A stretch of 64,000 bases of DNA from Bacteroidales bacterium (GCA_965230395.1 CBDDKV010000002.1:365905-429904), one strand, 5' to 3'. Shown: positions 30,982-41,654, counted from the first letter of the stretch. Program-made: numbers and translations. Notes: generated from the letters alone by a model not told the origin.

Positions 30982-32574
30982 CTAAAAGCCGTTTTTTTTC
31001 AGCTTAAGGCCATTTTTCGGAGGATAATCGATATTATAGTGTAACCCAATACTATCCTCACGGTGCATTGCCATTTTTATTATCAGATAGCCTACATTAA
31101 TGAGGTTTCGTAGTTCACAAAGCTTTACGGAAAGCGTAGATTTTCTGAACAGATCTTCCGTTTCAAGATAAATAATCTCCAGTCGGTCTAAGGCTCGTTT
31201 TAACCTAATATTTGAACGGACAATACCAACATAAACACTGAAAATCTGCTGAAGTTCCTTAAAACTCTGGGTAATAAGCACCATTTCTTCCGGGTGTGTA
31301 ACTCCTTTGGCATCCCAATCAGGAATGTTTTCGTTCCAAGTATAGTCTTCAAAACATTCAATGGCATCTTTTGCGGCAAGATCTGCAAAAACAATGGCTT
31401 CAATCAGTGAGTTTGAGGCCAGCCTGTTTGCTCCGTGCAGGCCAGTTGAAGAAGTTTCCCCCGCAGCGTATAGCCGGTTAATCCAAGTCTTTCCTGTTTT
31501 GTTTACTTTAATTCCACCACATAAATAGTGGGCAGCAGGAACAACAGGGATCATATCTTTGGTTATGTCAATGCCCAGTGTCAGGCACTTTTGGTATATA
31601 TTGGGGAAATGTTCTTTCAGTCCGTTGCCGTCAAGATGTGTACAGTCCAGGTAAACGAAGTCGTCGCCACGCACTTTCATTTCATTATCAATGGCCCTGG
31701 CTACAATGTCCCTGGGGGCCAGCGAACCTCGGGTGTCATAATCTTTCATGAACTCTTCGCCATCGGTGTTTCTTAAAACACCACCAAATCCCCGCATGGC
31801 TTCGGTTATCAGAAAAGAAGGTTTTTCTCCCGGGTTATATAACGACGTTGGATGAAATTGCACAAACTCCATATTTTCTACCGTTCCTTTTGCCCTGTAG
31901 ACCATGGCTATACCATCTCCGGTGGCGATTTTGGGGTTTGTGGTTGTCGAATATAAATTTCCGGTGCCACCTGTGGCCATCATTGTGACTTTTGACTGAA
32001 AAGCAATAACCTTCCCTGAATTTATGTCTAAAGCATAAATTCCATAACATTCAATATTTGTATGTCTTCTTTTTACGAGGCTTCCCAGGTGGTGCTGGGT
32101 AATTAAGTCAACAGCAAAAAAGTTTTCGTATACGTCTATATTTTCGTTTTGTAGGATTTTTTCGGAAAGGGCCCTTTGAATTTCAGCACCCGTGTTGTCC
32201 TTGTGGTGCAGTATTCGGTGTTCGCTGTGCCCGCCTTCTTTTGCCAGATCAAACCGGCCATTTTCTTCCCGATCAAATTCGGTCCCCCAGTTAATTAATT
32301 CCTTTATTTGTTGCGGTCCTTTTTCAACCACCAGCCTCACAATTTCTTCATTGCAAAGTCCATCTCCGGCAATCACTGTGTCACTGATGTGTTTTTCCGG
32401 ATCGTCCGGCTTATAAGTAACAGCCGCAATACCACCCTGGGCATAAGAGGTGTTTGTTTCAGTAAGCGAAGACTTTGTTATAATGGCAACTTTGCCTTTC
32501 TCGGCAACTTTTAGTGCAAAACTTAGTCCCGCAAGTCCTGAGCCGACAACAAGGAAATCATAGTACTGTTTCAT
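30982..32574 (-). CDS. nadB: L-aspartate oxidase
   Basis: Start MKQYYDFLVVGSGLAG (32574); AQGGIAA, EGGHS, QFHPT, HYLCGGI, GLHGANRLASNSL. Confidence 0.95.
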   Translation of the reverse strand: MKQYYDFLVVGSGLAGLSFALKVAEKGKVAIITKSSLTETNTSYAQGGIAAVTYKPDDPEKHISDTVIAGDGLCNEEIVRLVVEKGPQQIKELINWGTEFDREENGRFDLAKEGGHSEHRILHHKDNTGAEIQRALSEKILQNENIDVYENFFAVDLITQHHLGSLVKRRHTNIECYGIYALDINSGKVIAFQSKVTMMATGGTGNLYSTTTNPKIATGDGIAMVYRAKGTVENMEFVQFHPTSLYNPGEKPSFLITEAMRGFGGVLRNTDGEEFMKDYDTRGSLAPRDIVARAIDNEMKVRGDDFVYLDCTHLDGNGLKEHFPNIYQKCLTLGIDITKDMIPVVPAAHYLCGGIKVNKTGKTWINRLYAAGETSSTGLHGANRLASNSLIEAIVFADLAAKDAIECFEDYTWNENIPDWDAKGVTHPEEMVLITQSFKELQQIFSVYVGIVRSNIRLKRALDRLEIIYLETEDLFRKSTLSVKLCELRNLINVGYLIIKMAMHREDSIGLHYNIDYPPKNGLKLKKNGF

Positions 32575-32834
32575 AAACAATTTATTATACTGAACCCGGT
32601 GAGCCAACTGTTTGTTTGGACAAAGAAGTAACAATTAACTTCAGAATTGAAAACAGCCGGAAATGCTTTGGCAATGTTTCAATCCAAAACAGGTTGGCTT
32701 ATTGTCCGGGGAATGTTTTATACGAAAGAGCCTTAAATCTAACCAAAAATAGGGGTTTGATTTTATTGAAAACATGATTTTATACCTGAGAATGTTTTCT
32801 GAGGTACTTTAAAAAGGAAGCAAGACGAATAAAC

Positions 32835-34103
32835 CTATAAATCAAAACCAATATCCCGTCTGAAGTATTTTCCTTCAAAATCAATAATTTCGGCATTCTG
32901 GTATGAAGATTTCAGAGCCTCGTTAAAGTCGGGTCCGAGAGCACTGACAGAAATTACCCTTCCCCCGTTCGTTACAATTTTATCCCCTGATATTTTTGTT
33001 CCGGCATGAAAAACAATGCAATCCGAAGTTTCTTTAAGGTTATTTATCGGAATTCCTTTCGGATAGCTTCCCGGGTATCCTCCCGATACCAGCATTACTG
33101 TTGAGCAGGCCTGAGGGGTAATTTCGATATCAATGTTTTCCAGCTCTTTTTTTGCGGTTGCCACAAACAAGTCCATAAGGTCGGCTTTTAACCGAGGCAT
33201 TATTACTTCCGTTTCCGGATCCCCCATCCTAACATTATATTCAATAACCATTGGTTCTCCGTTACAGTTCATCAGTCCAAAGAAAATAAAACCGTTATAA
33301 AGAATATTATCTTTCTTAAGCCCTTCTACGGTAGGTCTTATAATGCGTTCTTCTACCTTTAAGAGAAATTCTTCACCGGCAAAAGGGACCGGGGAGATGC
33401 ATCCCATACCACCAGTGTTGAGTCCGGTATCTCCTTCACCAATTCGTTTGTAATCTTTAGCTTCCGGCAGTATCTTGTAGCTTTCTCCATCAGTAATTAC
33501 AAATGCAGACATTTCAATACCGGAAAGGAACTCTTCGATAACCACTTTCCTGCTCGCCTGGCCGAATTTTCCACTGAGCATTTCTTCCAGTTCTTTTTTT
33601 GCTTCTTCAAGGGATTGTATGATAAGTACACCTTTTCCGGCAGCAAGTCCATCCGCTTTCAAAACATAAGGGGCCTTTATTTCTTCAAGGAACCTAAGGC
33701 CTTCAGAAATATTTTCTTTTGTTACAGAAAAATAACCGGCCGTGGGGATATCATGTTTTTTCATGAATTCTTTGGCGAATTCTTTGCTGCCCTCTAGTTG
33801 TGCGCCGGCTTTTCCCGGACCGATAACCATAATATGCGATAAATCCGGATGCTCTAAGAAGTAATCTTTTATGCCGTTTACCAATGGATCTTCAGGACCA
33901 ACAACAACCATTTCAATATTGTTTTGGGTGCAGAATTTCCCTAAATTCTCAAAATCGTTAACAGAAAGATCAACATTCTCTCCAACTTCTGCTGTTCCGG
34001 CATTTCCGGGGGCAACATATATTTTGGTCAATTTAGGGCTTTGAGCCATTTTCCAGGCAAGGGCATGTTCACGTCCACCAGCTCCAATTAGTAAAACCTT
34101 CAT
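32835..34103 (-). CDS. purD: Phosphoribosylamine--glycine ligase
   Basis: GAGGREHALAW, LEGSKEFAK, KADGLAAGKGV, GDTGLNTGGMG, RMGDPET. Confidence 0.97.
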   Translation of the reverse strand: MKVLLIGAGGREHALAWKMAQSPKLTKIYVAPGNAGTAEVGENVDLSVNDFENLGKFCTQNNIEMVVVGPEDPLVNGIKDYFLEHPDLSHIMVIGPGKAGAQLEGSKEFAKEFMKKHDIPTAGYFSVTKENISEGLRFLEEIKAPYVLKADGLAAGKGVLIIQSLEEAKKELEEMLSGKFGQASRKVVIEEFLSGIEMSAFVITDGESYKILPEAKDYKRIGEGDTGLNTGGMGCISPVPFAGEEFLLKVEERIIRPTVEGLKKDNILYNGFIFFGLMNCNGEPMVIEYNVRMGDPETEVIMPRLKADLMDLFVATAKKELENIDIEITPQACSTVMLVSGGYPGSYPKGIPINNLKETSDCIVFHAGTKISGDKIVTNGGRVISVSALGPDFNEALKSSYQNAEIIDFEGKYFRRDIGFDL

Positions 34104-34129
34104 ACGTAGATATTAATTTGTTTCAGGTG

Positions 34130-34137
34130 CAAACATA
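34130..34137 (-). promoter_or_regulatory. -7 element of purD promoter
   Basis: TAtgTTTG on the minus strand, 27 nt upstream of the purD ATG. Confidence 0.6.
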
Positions 34138-34184
34138 AAAAATCCCGTTCAGATACCGAAAAAATTGTAGGTATCAGAACGGGA
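34138..34184 (-). terminator. Terminator hairpin downstream of the large T9SS gene
   Basis: Minus strand tcccgttctgatacc-loop-ggtatctgaacggga followed by a T run. Confidence 0.6.
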
Positions 34185-34359
34185 ACACCTGGGGGGTATT
34201 TTTAATTTAGGTCAAGAAAATTTTCTGCCAGACTCTTTCGGGAAGAGTTTTTTCTGAAAATAAGATATCGCCAAAATGAAGACACTTAAAAATAATAAAG
34301 AATTGATTTATATTTTTTTAGTGTCTTCGTATTCTTATTATAGTAACTCAAATGTTGAA

Positions 34360-37300
34360 TTACTCCACTATCAGCTTTTCGTTGAATGTAACTCCATTCA
34401 GTTTAATAATATAAACTCCTTTCGGTTGTGCCGATAAATCAATAGTAACCGGCAGGCTGTTATTGGAGTAAACTGCTTTTCTTTCAGAAAGAACCAGAGT
34501 TCCCGTTAATGAATATACTTCAAAAAGAACTTCTGTGTCCAATCCGGCTTCGATCTTAACATTGAATAATCCTTTTGATGGATTTGGATATATACGGGAA
34601 ACAGTTTTTTGAATTTTCTCAACCGAGTTTACGTTAATTTGCTGGGCATTTCCGGCAACAGGGCCACAGTTATTAGCGTCAGTTAAATAAATTGTATAAT
34701 CACCATTGGCCAGCGACTCAAACGTGCCGGATGTTTGCCAGTTTTCCTGGTCAAAAGAGTACTGATAAGGACCTGTACCTCCGGATGCCGTGATAACAAT
34801 TTTATTCCCTGTTACCTCTTCGTTTTCAATAAGCAATGCGCTCGGTTCGGTTACTTTTACACTAATTTCTTTTGTGCAACCGCTTAAGTCAGCAACTTCT
34901 ATGGTATAATCATTTGCTTTGAGTTTACTGAATTCTGAAGTTTCAGACCAGTCTTCCGAATCAATAGAATAAGTATAACCGCCCCACCCTCCTGTGGCAT
35001 TGACGGCAAGAGTTCCGGCAGAATCAGCATAACACCTGTTGTCCTGGTGGTTTTCTGTGATTTCGCTTAGGTTAAGAGCACTTTCGGGAGCTTTAACCGT
35101 AAATGAATAAACACTGTCTCCACATAACTTGCTATCTCTTACTGTAACAGTAAATTCACCGGCAAATAACCCGTCTACATAGTTCGTATCAAGAGTAGAA
35201 AGACTGCCCCAGTCATATGAATATGGTGGAGTTCCACCGGACATGAATACCTCAAGGTGACCGTCAGAATAGTCGAAGCAGCTTATATTTGCAGCTTCCG
35301 AGCGGTCAAGTATCATTAGTTCGGGTTCTTTCAGTTTATAATTTACATTTTTCTCGCAATTATTTTTGTCAGAGACTTGCACTTCGTAGACTCCGGCAAC
35401 TAATAGACTGGCTGTAGCCGTATTTTGTCGATTATAATCGTTCCACGAATAGCTGTAAGGAGCAGTTCCTCCAGAAGCTTCAGCCCTTAATTTCCCATTA
35501 TTGCCTCCGAAACACGAAATAGGCGAGGACTCAACAACATTAATCAGCAGAGATGCAGGCTGGAAAGTCTCGGCGGAACCAACTACCTGGCACATATTTG
35601 CATCAGTGACCGTTAGAGAATATTCGCCTGCGTTAATGTTGGCAATACTCTGTGTTGTATCTCCATTAGACCATAAAAAACGATAGTCTGGAGTACCTCC
35701 TGTTATTAAAGTACTTATTGTTGTTCCTTCTCCGTTGCAGAGGGCGTCTATTGTACTGAGAGTAATTTTTAAAGAATCGGGTTCAACTATTTTAACACTG
35801 TCATAGGCTTTCTTTCCAGTACCTGATTCGGTAAGGATTACGTGATACCATCCCGGAGACAGGGTGTCTCCCAAACTTGAATCAGAACTGCTGCTAATTT
35901 CTGTTTTATTAGAATCCAGAAATTCATATGTGTATGTTTTATCTTGCTTGCGCCCCGATTCTATTAATGCTGTAATCTTTCCGTCTTTTGCCCCCGAACA
36001 GGAAATATCAGTGCCGCTAAGAAGAACTCTGAGAGAATCTCCGGGAACAACAATGCTGGTGTCATAGGTGCATAAATTATCATCCTGAACGTGCACAGAG
36101 TACAATCCTTCATCGAGATTTGTAATCGTATCCTTATCGCCTCTATACTGACTTCCTTCAAATTTCCATTCATAGGTGTAAGGCGAAGTTCCCCCTGTGA
36201 CATCAAGCTCAATGCTTCCGTTAGAAAGACCTGATGTTTCCGGAGTTACAACCGCTGTTGAAGATATTTTCTCCGGCTGTAAAACATTTATTGAATCTTT
36301 TACTGAACAGTTGTTCTGGTCGGTTACGGTAACAAAGAATTTTCCGGCACTTAACCCTGACTGATTCTGGGTAACCGGGTCGTATCCCGGGGCTCCGGAC
36401 CATATAAAGCTATATGGGGCCAAGCCTCCTGTTACATTTGTTGTAATACTTCCGTCAGCAGACTGGTGACAAGTTAAGTTTGTAGAATCAAGGTCAATAG
36501 CAATAGGCGTTGGTTCTGAAACCGTATAATAAGTGGTAACGGTACTGTCACGGCTGTCGGTTACCGTTAAGTAGTATTCGCCGGCAGAAAGGTTATACGC
36601 AACGGAGTCGTTAAAACTGGTTACATTCGGGCTCCATTGGTACTGATAAGGACTTACTCCGTAATAAGTATACCCAACCAGTTCTGCATTAGAACTGCCC
36701 GAGCACAGGATTTCTCCCTCTTGTTTTATGGAGACTTTAAAAGGATAAGTGTAAGAAGCAATAAACCCATCCCTAAGGCCAACCGTTGTATTGGAGTAAC
36801 TGGAGTCTCCTATTTCCAGGTTATCTGAAGTGAAGTAACCGGCAACAATCGTGTTTCCGTTATTGTCAAATGTAAGGACCCTGCCAATGTCTTCACTGTT
36901 TCCTCCAAAGCCCTGTGCTCCTATTTCGTTGCCATCAAGGTCGAAAATAGCAAATCCGGTGTTAATATCTGAGGTTCCGGTTGATGTTAAGGTATCATCG
37001 TTAATAATTAACGTATCTGCATAGTTGCCACAGAATTGCACGAGGTTTTCGTTTACGTTAATTCCAAAAGCATCGTCTGCACCATCTTTCCCTTTACGCT
37101 TAACCCATAGGAGTCGCCCGTTTGTATTATATTTGGCAATAAACAGGTCGGAACCTTCAGCGCCTGTAATAGGGCTACTGGTGTGCGTTTCTGTACTGTC
37201 AAATGTAACTTCACTTTCAACTTTCCCGGCAATATAAACAAGGCCATCAGCATCAGATGTTGCAGAATTTGCATGGTCAAACCCGGATCCACCGGCGGTT

Positions 37301-38175
37301 CTGGCCCATTCTAAGGCAAGATTTTTATCCATTTTGAAAAGTAAGATACCACTGTTGGCATTACCTGTTATGGTATCGTCAGTCGGAAAGAAGAGAGTAT
37401 CGTAAAGATCGCCGGTTAAATAATAGCTGGAATCCGCAGACATATTAATGTCTTTAATAACGGTATTGTTTTTACTATCTTTTGTCCAGATATTGGTAAA
37501 CCCGTTAACGGCACCCGAGGTGTCCATTTGAGCAACAAACATATCTTTCCCTCCTGCTTGTGTTGCAACGGCTATGTCCGGATCTGAACCATCGGTATAA
37601 TGAATGTCCGTTTTAAAAAAACCGGTTACTACAAGTTCTTTTCTAAAGGGGTCGTAAGTCATATCCTTAACACGGTTGACATTGGTGCCCCAGAAAACCC
37701 GGGTAGCTTTCACAAAAGTCCCATCCAGCGTGTATTTTGAAAGGAAAACATCATAATTCCCATTGTTTACAAGGGTTGTAGCTGAGGGTGGAAAGCTAAT
37801 GTCTGAGTTTTTATAACTGCCAGCCAAATAAATAAAACCGTCTGCAATAACCAATGCAGCAGCTTCATCTCTGTTACTACTTGTTATTCGGTTTAACCAT
37901 AGCAGGTTTCCCTGGTTGTCGAACTTACAAACAAAAGCATCCCAGTTTCCACCATCTCCTGCGATCGTATTCCCCTGTATGCTTAAGCTCTGGGAATCAT
38001 ATGCACCGCAGTGGTAAATATTATTATTTTCATCAATTTGTACATCCATAACAATATTGCTACTTGGATATACGTCACCAGGGGATCTTAATTGGTTAGA
38101 CCAAGTCCATTCTCCTTGCGAAAAACTGTTGTGTAGGGTGGTAAAGGCAATTAGAATAAAAACTATATTTCTCAT
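34360..38175 (-). CDS. Large secreted T9SS cargo: SBBP-type beta-propeller + SprB repeats + type A sorting domain
   Basis: Signal peptide; 'DxFxxKyDxxGxLLW' blades; multiple 'C..DG.I...TGG..PY.Y.W...L.AG.Y.VTVTD.N.C' repeats; IYPNPSKG..LSAQPKGVYII. Confidence 0.88.
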   Translation of the reverse strand: MRNIVFILIAFTTLHNSFSQGEWTWSNQLRSPGDVYPSSNIVMDVQIDENNNIYHCGAYDSQSLSIQGNTIAGDGGNWDAFVCKFDNQGNLLWLNRITSSNRDEAAALVIADGFIYLAGSYKNSDISFPPSATTLVNNGNYDVFLSKYTLDGTFVKATRVFWGTNVNRVKDMTYDPFRKELVVTGFFKTDIHYTDGSDPDIAVATQAGGKDMFVAQMDTSGAVNGFTNIWTKDSKNNTVIKDINMSADSSYYLTGDLYDTLFFPTDDTITGNANSGILLFKMDKNLALEWARTAGGSGFDHANSATSDADGLVYIAGKVESEVTFDSTETHTSSPITGAEGSDLFIAKYNTNGRLLWVKRKGKDGADDAFGINVNENLVQFCGNYADTLIINDDTLTSTGTSDINTGFAIFDLDGNEIGAQGFGGNSEDIGRVLTFDNNGNTIVAGYFTSDNLEIGDSSYSNTTVGLRDGFIASYTYPFKVSIKQEGEILCSGSSNAELVGYTYYGVSPYQYQWSPNVTSFNDSVAYNLSAGEYYLTVTDSRDSTVTTYYTVSEPTPIAIDLDSTNLTCHQSADGSITTNVTGGLAPYSFIWSGAPGYDPVTQNQSGLSAGKFFVTVTDQNNCSVKDSINVLQPEKISSTAVVTPETSGLSNGSIELDVTGGTSPYTYEWKFEGSQYRGDKDTITNLDEGLYSVHVQDDNLCTYDTSIVVPGDSLRVLLSGTDISCSGAKDGKITALIESGRKQDKTYTYEFLDSNKTEISSSSDSSLGDTLSPGWYHVILTESGTGKKAYDSVKIVEPDSLKITLSTIDALCNGEGTTISTLITGGTPDYRFLWSNGDTTQSIANINAGEYSLTVTDANMCQVVGSAETFQPASLLINVVESSPISCFGGNNGKLRAEASGGTAPYSYSWNDYNRQNTATASLLVAGVYEVQVSDKNNCEKNVNYKLKEPELMILDRSEAANISCFDYSDGHLEVFMSGGTPPYSYDWGSLSTLDTNYVDGLFAGEFTVTVRDSKLCGDSVYSFTVKAPESALNLSEITENHQDNRCYADSAGTLAVNATGGWGGYTYSIDSEDWSETSEFSKLKANDYTIEVADLSGCTKEISVKVTEPSALLIENEEVTGNKIVITASGGTGPYQYSFDQENWQTSGTFESLANGDYTIYLTDANNCGPVAGNAQQINVNSVEKIQKTVSRIYPNPSKGLFNVKIEAGLDTEVLFEVYSLTGTLVLSERKAVYSNNSLPVTIDLSAQPKGVYIIKLNGVTFNEKLIVE

Positions 38176-38327
38176 ATTTTTGGAATTTGTACAGGCACAC
38201 TCAATAATATTATATACGCAACTGAAAGTAAAAGAGTTTGCTCTTTAGTGGAAACAATTGGACGGTTCGTCTTTTGGTTTAGTGCAATACTCTAAATTAT
38301 TATATTTATCATTTAAATACAAATACA

Positions 38328-39302
38328 TTGGTCCAAAGTAATTATAAAATAGCGGTTATTATAGTGTTTTTTGGCGAATGGCCTGAATGGATACGCTATT
38401 TCCTTGTTTCCGTTTGTAAAAATAATCTGATTGAATACCTTATTTTTTCTGACATACAACTAAAAGGGTATGTACCGAACAACGTTAAGCAGCGTCGTTT
38501 CTCGCCTGGCGACTTTTGTAGCCTGGTGAAAGAGAAGCTTGGAATCACCCTTTTGATGGATAACACCTATAAAGTATGTGATTATAAACCGACATATGGA
38601 AAAGTATTTGAATCATATCTTAAGGATTTTGACTATTGGGCATATTCAGATATTGATTTATTTTATGGAGATATGGCTGCGTCTCCCATTTTTCCGTTAT
38701 TGGGGAAATATGATATTATTTCGGGGTTTAGTGGTTTTGCGTCCGGCCCCTTTTGTATGTTCAGGAATATTTCACGGGTGAACAATCTTTATTGCGGCAT
38801 AAAAAATTATAAAACAATTCTGGGATCACCGGAGTACCATGGTTTTGATGAGCATATTGTAAAAAAGGAAAACGAAGGGATATCGCTCCTGAAAATTATC
38901 CTTTTAATTCGGTTTTTAGCAGGAAGTATTTCCAATGTCCGAAAATTCCTGTTCAACATTAAATTATTTAAGTATGAATTCCAATGGTACGTAAAGAAAA
39001 AAACAATAGATGTGCCAGTGGACTTTACTGAAGCGATTGAATCTCGTTCAAAAAAAGGTGCGGTTTCTTCTTGCTTTTTTGATTTTGTGTTGAATGATTC
39101 TGATCTGCTTCGTATGAATGACAGGAAATGGAGGGTTGTGTATGCAGACGGCAAGCTTATTCATTCAAAAACCAATAAGGAAATAAGCATTTTTCATTTT
39201 AGGGAAGCTAAAAACTATAAAAATTTTATGATTGAGAAACCAGGCAAGGATATTGATTGTTTTTCAATTACACCTGGGGGGATTGAATATGGGAGAGAAT
39301 AA
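38328..39302 (+). CDS. DUF6625-like putative glycosyltransferase
   Basis: FFGEWPEW, YKVCDYKPTYG, YWAYSDIDLFYG (DxD), terminal FHF. Confidence 0.7.
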   Translation: MVQSNYKIAVIIVFFGEWPEWIRYFLVSVCKNNLIEYLIFSDIQLKGYVPNNVKQRRFSPGDFCSLVKEKLGITLLMDNTYKVCDYKPTYGKVFESYLKDFDYWAYSDIDLFYGDMAASPIFPLLGKYDIISGFSGFASGPFCMFRNISRVNNLYCGIKNYKTILGSPEYHGFDEHIVKKENEGISLLKIILLIRFLAGSISNVRKFLFNIKLFKYEFQWYVKKKTIDVPVDFTEAIESRSKKGAVSSCFFDFVLNDSDLLRMNDRKWRVVYADGKLIHSKTNKEISIFHFREAKNYKNFMIEKPGKDIDCFSITPGGIEYGRE

Positions 39303-40224
39303 AGTATGTCTGGTTGTTCCATATTATGGGGAGTTTCCGTGGTGGCTTGTTTTTTTTCTTGAAAGCGTCAAGCTTAACCCAGCTTATTCCTGGCTGTTAG
39401 TATCTGATAAAAAACCGGAGACTGAGCTTTCGCCTAACGTGAGTTTTCTCAAATTATCTATTGAAGAATTTCAGGATCTCATCTCAGAGACGTTAGGGGT
39501 ATCACCTCAACTGGATTTTCCATATAAAATTTGTGATTTTAAGCCTGCCTTTGGTAAAATATTCAAGAAACAATTAACAGGATTTAGTTATTGGGGATAT
39601 TGTGACCTTGATTTGGTTTTTGGAAATATAGGGCATCTTCTTGATGATATTCTAAATAAAGGTTATGACGTTATTTCTCCTGACAAGGATTTTTTTCCTG
39701 GGCATTTTTGTTTATTCAGGAACAGAGATTTTGTAAATAACCTGTACAAATCAATAGATGGCTACAAAGCTGTTTTAAGTTCGGAGAAGGTCTTTCTGAT
39801 TGACGAATTCATTCACAGACAGGGGATTTTACCTGCTAAGAAAGAAATAACGCAAGCCGTTGATGCAAAAATAAGAAGGCATAAAAGGTTGAGCCGGGTT
39901 AAAGCAAATAAGGTGTTAAGGCTGCTTTTGCCCGTTTACAGAATTTTAAAGAGGGTAAAACCGGGAAGCAATACAAAAACGATAGATTTTAATTCTGTAT
40001 TGAGAACTGCGGAAAGAAATAATGAGTTGAACGTATATCGATGTTCTATGTATGACAGTGATGTGCGTTTTTTTTGTGATGAAGTTAATTCGGCTGTTGT
40101 GAGGTGGAGAGATGGCCGCTTGTTTTATGACGGGGAATTACTGTATTTTCATTTTCAGCTTTCCAAAAAGAACAATATGTTTAGGATAGAGAGGGTTCAG
40201 GGTGGTTTTGATTTAAAGCTGTAA
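39289..40224 (+). CDS. DUF6625-like putative glycosyltransferase (tandem paralogue)
   Basis: Start MGENKV at 39289; PYYGEFPWW, YKICDFKPAFG, YWGYCDLDLVFG, YFHFQ. Confidence 0.7.
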   Translation: MGENKVCLVVPYYGEFPWWLVFFLESVKLNPAYSWLLVSDKKPETELSPNVSFLKLSIEEFQDLISETLGVSPQLDFPYKICDFKPAFGKIFKKQLTGFSYWGYCDLDLVFGNIGHLLDDILNKGYDVISPDKDFFPGHFCLFRNRDFVNNLYKSIDGYKAVLSSEKVFLIDEFIHRQGILPAKKEITQAVDAKIRRHKRLSRVKANKVLRLLLPVYRILKRVKPGSNTKTIDFNSVLRTAERNNELNVYRCSMYDSDVRFFCDEVNSAVVRWRDGRLFYDGELLYFHFQLSKKNNMFRIERVQGGFDLKL

Positions 40225-40309
40225 TAGACGGTATTCTTTAAAAAAATGTCTGATTTTTCTTAACAGGGTTCTTGTCACCGAACGTTTTTTTGGAGGCTCC
40301 ATAAGTTTT

Positions 40310-40816
40310 CTATGATACCGTCGAAAGATTGGCAAGGGTTGTATCGTTATCCTTTAGCCTTGTCAGGACGGTCATGAGAATTTTTTCCAACACGGGGGTT
40401 TCTGCCTGAAATTCGAATAGCCTTCCAAACAAATTTCGGGTCATATCTCCCCGGTTAATATTAAAACTGTACATCCCGTCCCAAAGCGGAATGACCTCAT
40501 TATTTTTTAACCTGGAAAGTCTTTCTTTATTCAGTTTCAGATCATACATGAGCAGGTTTGTGGCCCATAGCTTCTCGAAGTTGGCAATAAGGGATATGTA
40601 CAGCGCATTTCTTTGCTCTGTATTGTTACCGTAATCGGCAAAAGTATCGGCAACAGAAACCAGCCACCGTGTGTCAAAATGGAGGCATATTTGTTCTATA
40701 TTTTGTGTTACAAGTTCTTGAAATTCCGGCCAGTTTTCGTGAACATTGTCCTGTCTTCTGAGCCGGACAATTAATGGTTTTATTTTTTCTGTCAGAAGTT
40801 TGTCTGGATCAGTCAT
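40310..40816 (-). CDS. Hypothetical protein of glycan locus
   Basis: ATG at 40816 overlaps the sulfotransferase stop; contains DTRWLVSVADTFADYG. No function recognised. Confidence 0.65.
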   Translation of the reverse strand: MTDPDKLLTEKIKPLIVRLRRQDNVHENWPEFQELVTQNIEQICLHFDTRWLVSVADTFADYGNNTEQRNALYISLIANFEKLWATNLLMYDLKLNKERLSRLKNNEVIPLWDGMYSFNINRGDMTRNLFGRLFEFQAETPVLEKILMTVLTRLKDNDTTLANLSTVS

Positions 40817-41654
40817 CAAAAGTATAGTGTTTAAGAAATTCGCATTGAGAGAGCCTGGCGTAAACAAGCTCTTTAAGTTCTTCCGGCCAGTCTATTTTAT
40901 GGCGGCTTTTATTGGGGCTCTTATAGGTAGTTTGTGAACATTTTTCCAGATAGTTGTCAACGTCTTGTAAACCAATGAATTTTATAATTCGTTCAAGGTT
41001 GGTTTTAGGAGAAGCGATAAAGTCTTCGTGGTATACATCAAGTATGGAGAAACCGCTTTTTTTTCGCAGGCTATCATTAATTGCAACCTTTTTGAAATAT
41101 AAGTCAATTTTGTTTTCGAATACAGAACGATTAATTTCATTACCTTTTTCAGCATACCTGATAAGCATGGTACTTATATTGTCGTATGGGTTTCTGATAA
41201 CATGAATTATTTTTACAGGGAGGTTCGTCAGGGTTTGTAATTTTTTCAATAGTTCCGGGTTTTCACCCAGGCGAAGGGTACTTTTCCCCCCTTTTTTGTC
41301 TCCTATGGTTAGAAGTTTATCATATCTTCCCTGAGAACTTCCGGGGACTGCATAAGAATATCCTGTCCAGACATTTTTTAGTACCCGGGTAAAAATTCGC
41401 GCATTATTTGTCAGGCAAAAATAGACTTGATTCCTGCTATATCCTAAACCCACCAGGTTCAGTGCATCAACCTCCATCCCGACAGATGCATTTGGGTGTG
41501 CATCAAGTAAGGCCCCGATGTAACTGTGCCCGCTTCTTTGGTAACCAATGAACATGCAATAATTTTGCAAACTGGTATAGTCTTTTTTATGTAGCTGCCC
41601 GTAAATAAGCGATTTCCAGTACCGTCTGGAGATTAGGTTTTTAGTTTTTGGCAT
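40809..41654 (-). CDS. PAPS-dependent sulfotransferase family protein
   Basis: 5'-PSB FIGYQRSGHS..LLDAHP, 3'-PB IHVIRNPYDNIST, YHEDFIASP. Confidence 0.85.
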   Translation of the reverse strand: MPKTKNLISRRYWKSLIYGQLHKKDYTSLQNYCMFIGYQRSGHSYIGALLDAHPNASVGMEVDALNLVGLGYSRNQVYFCLTNNARIFTRVLKNVWTGYSYAVPGSSQGRYDKLLTIGDKKGGKSTLRLGENPELLKKLQTLTNLPVKIIHVIRNPYDNISTMLIRYAEKGNEINRSVFENKIDLYFKKVAINDSLRKKSGFSILDVYHEDFIASPKTNLERIIKFIGLQDVDNYLEKCSQTTYKSPNKSRHKIDWPEELKELVYARLSQCEFLKHYTFDD

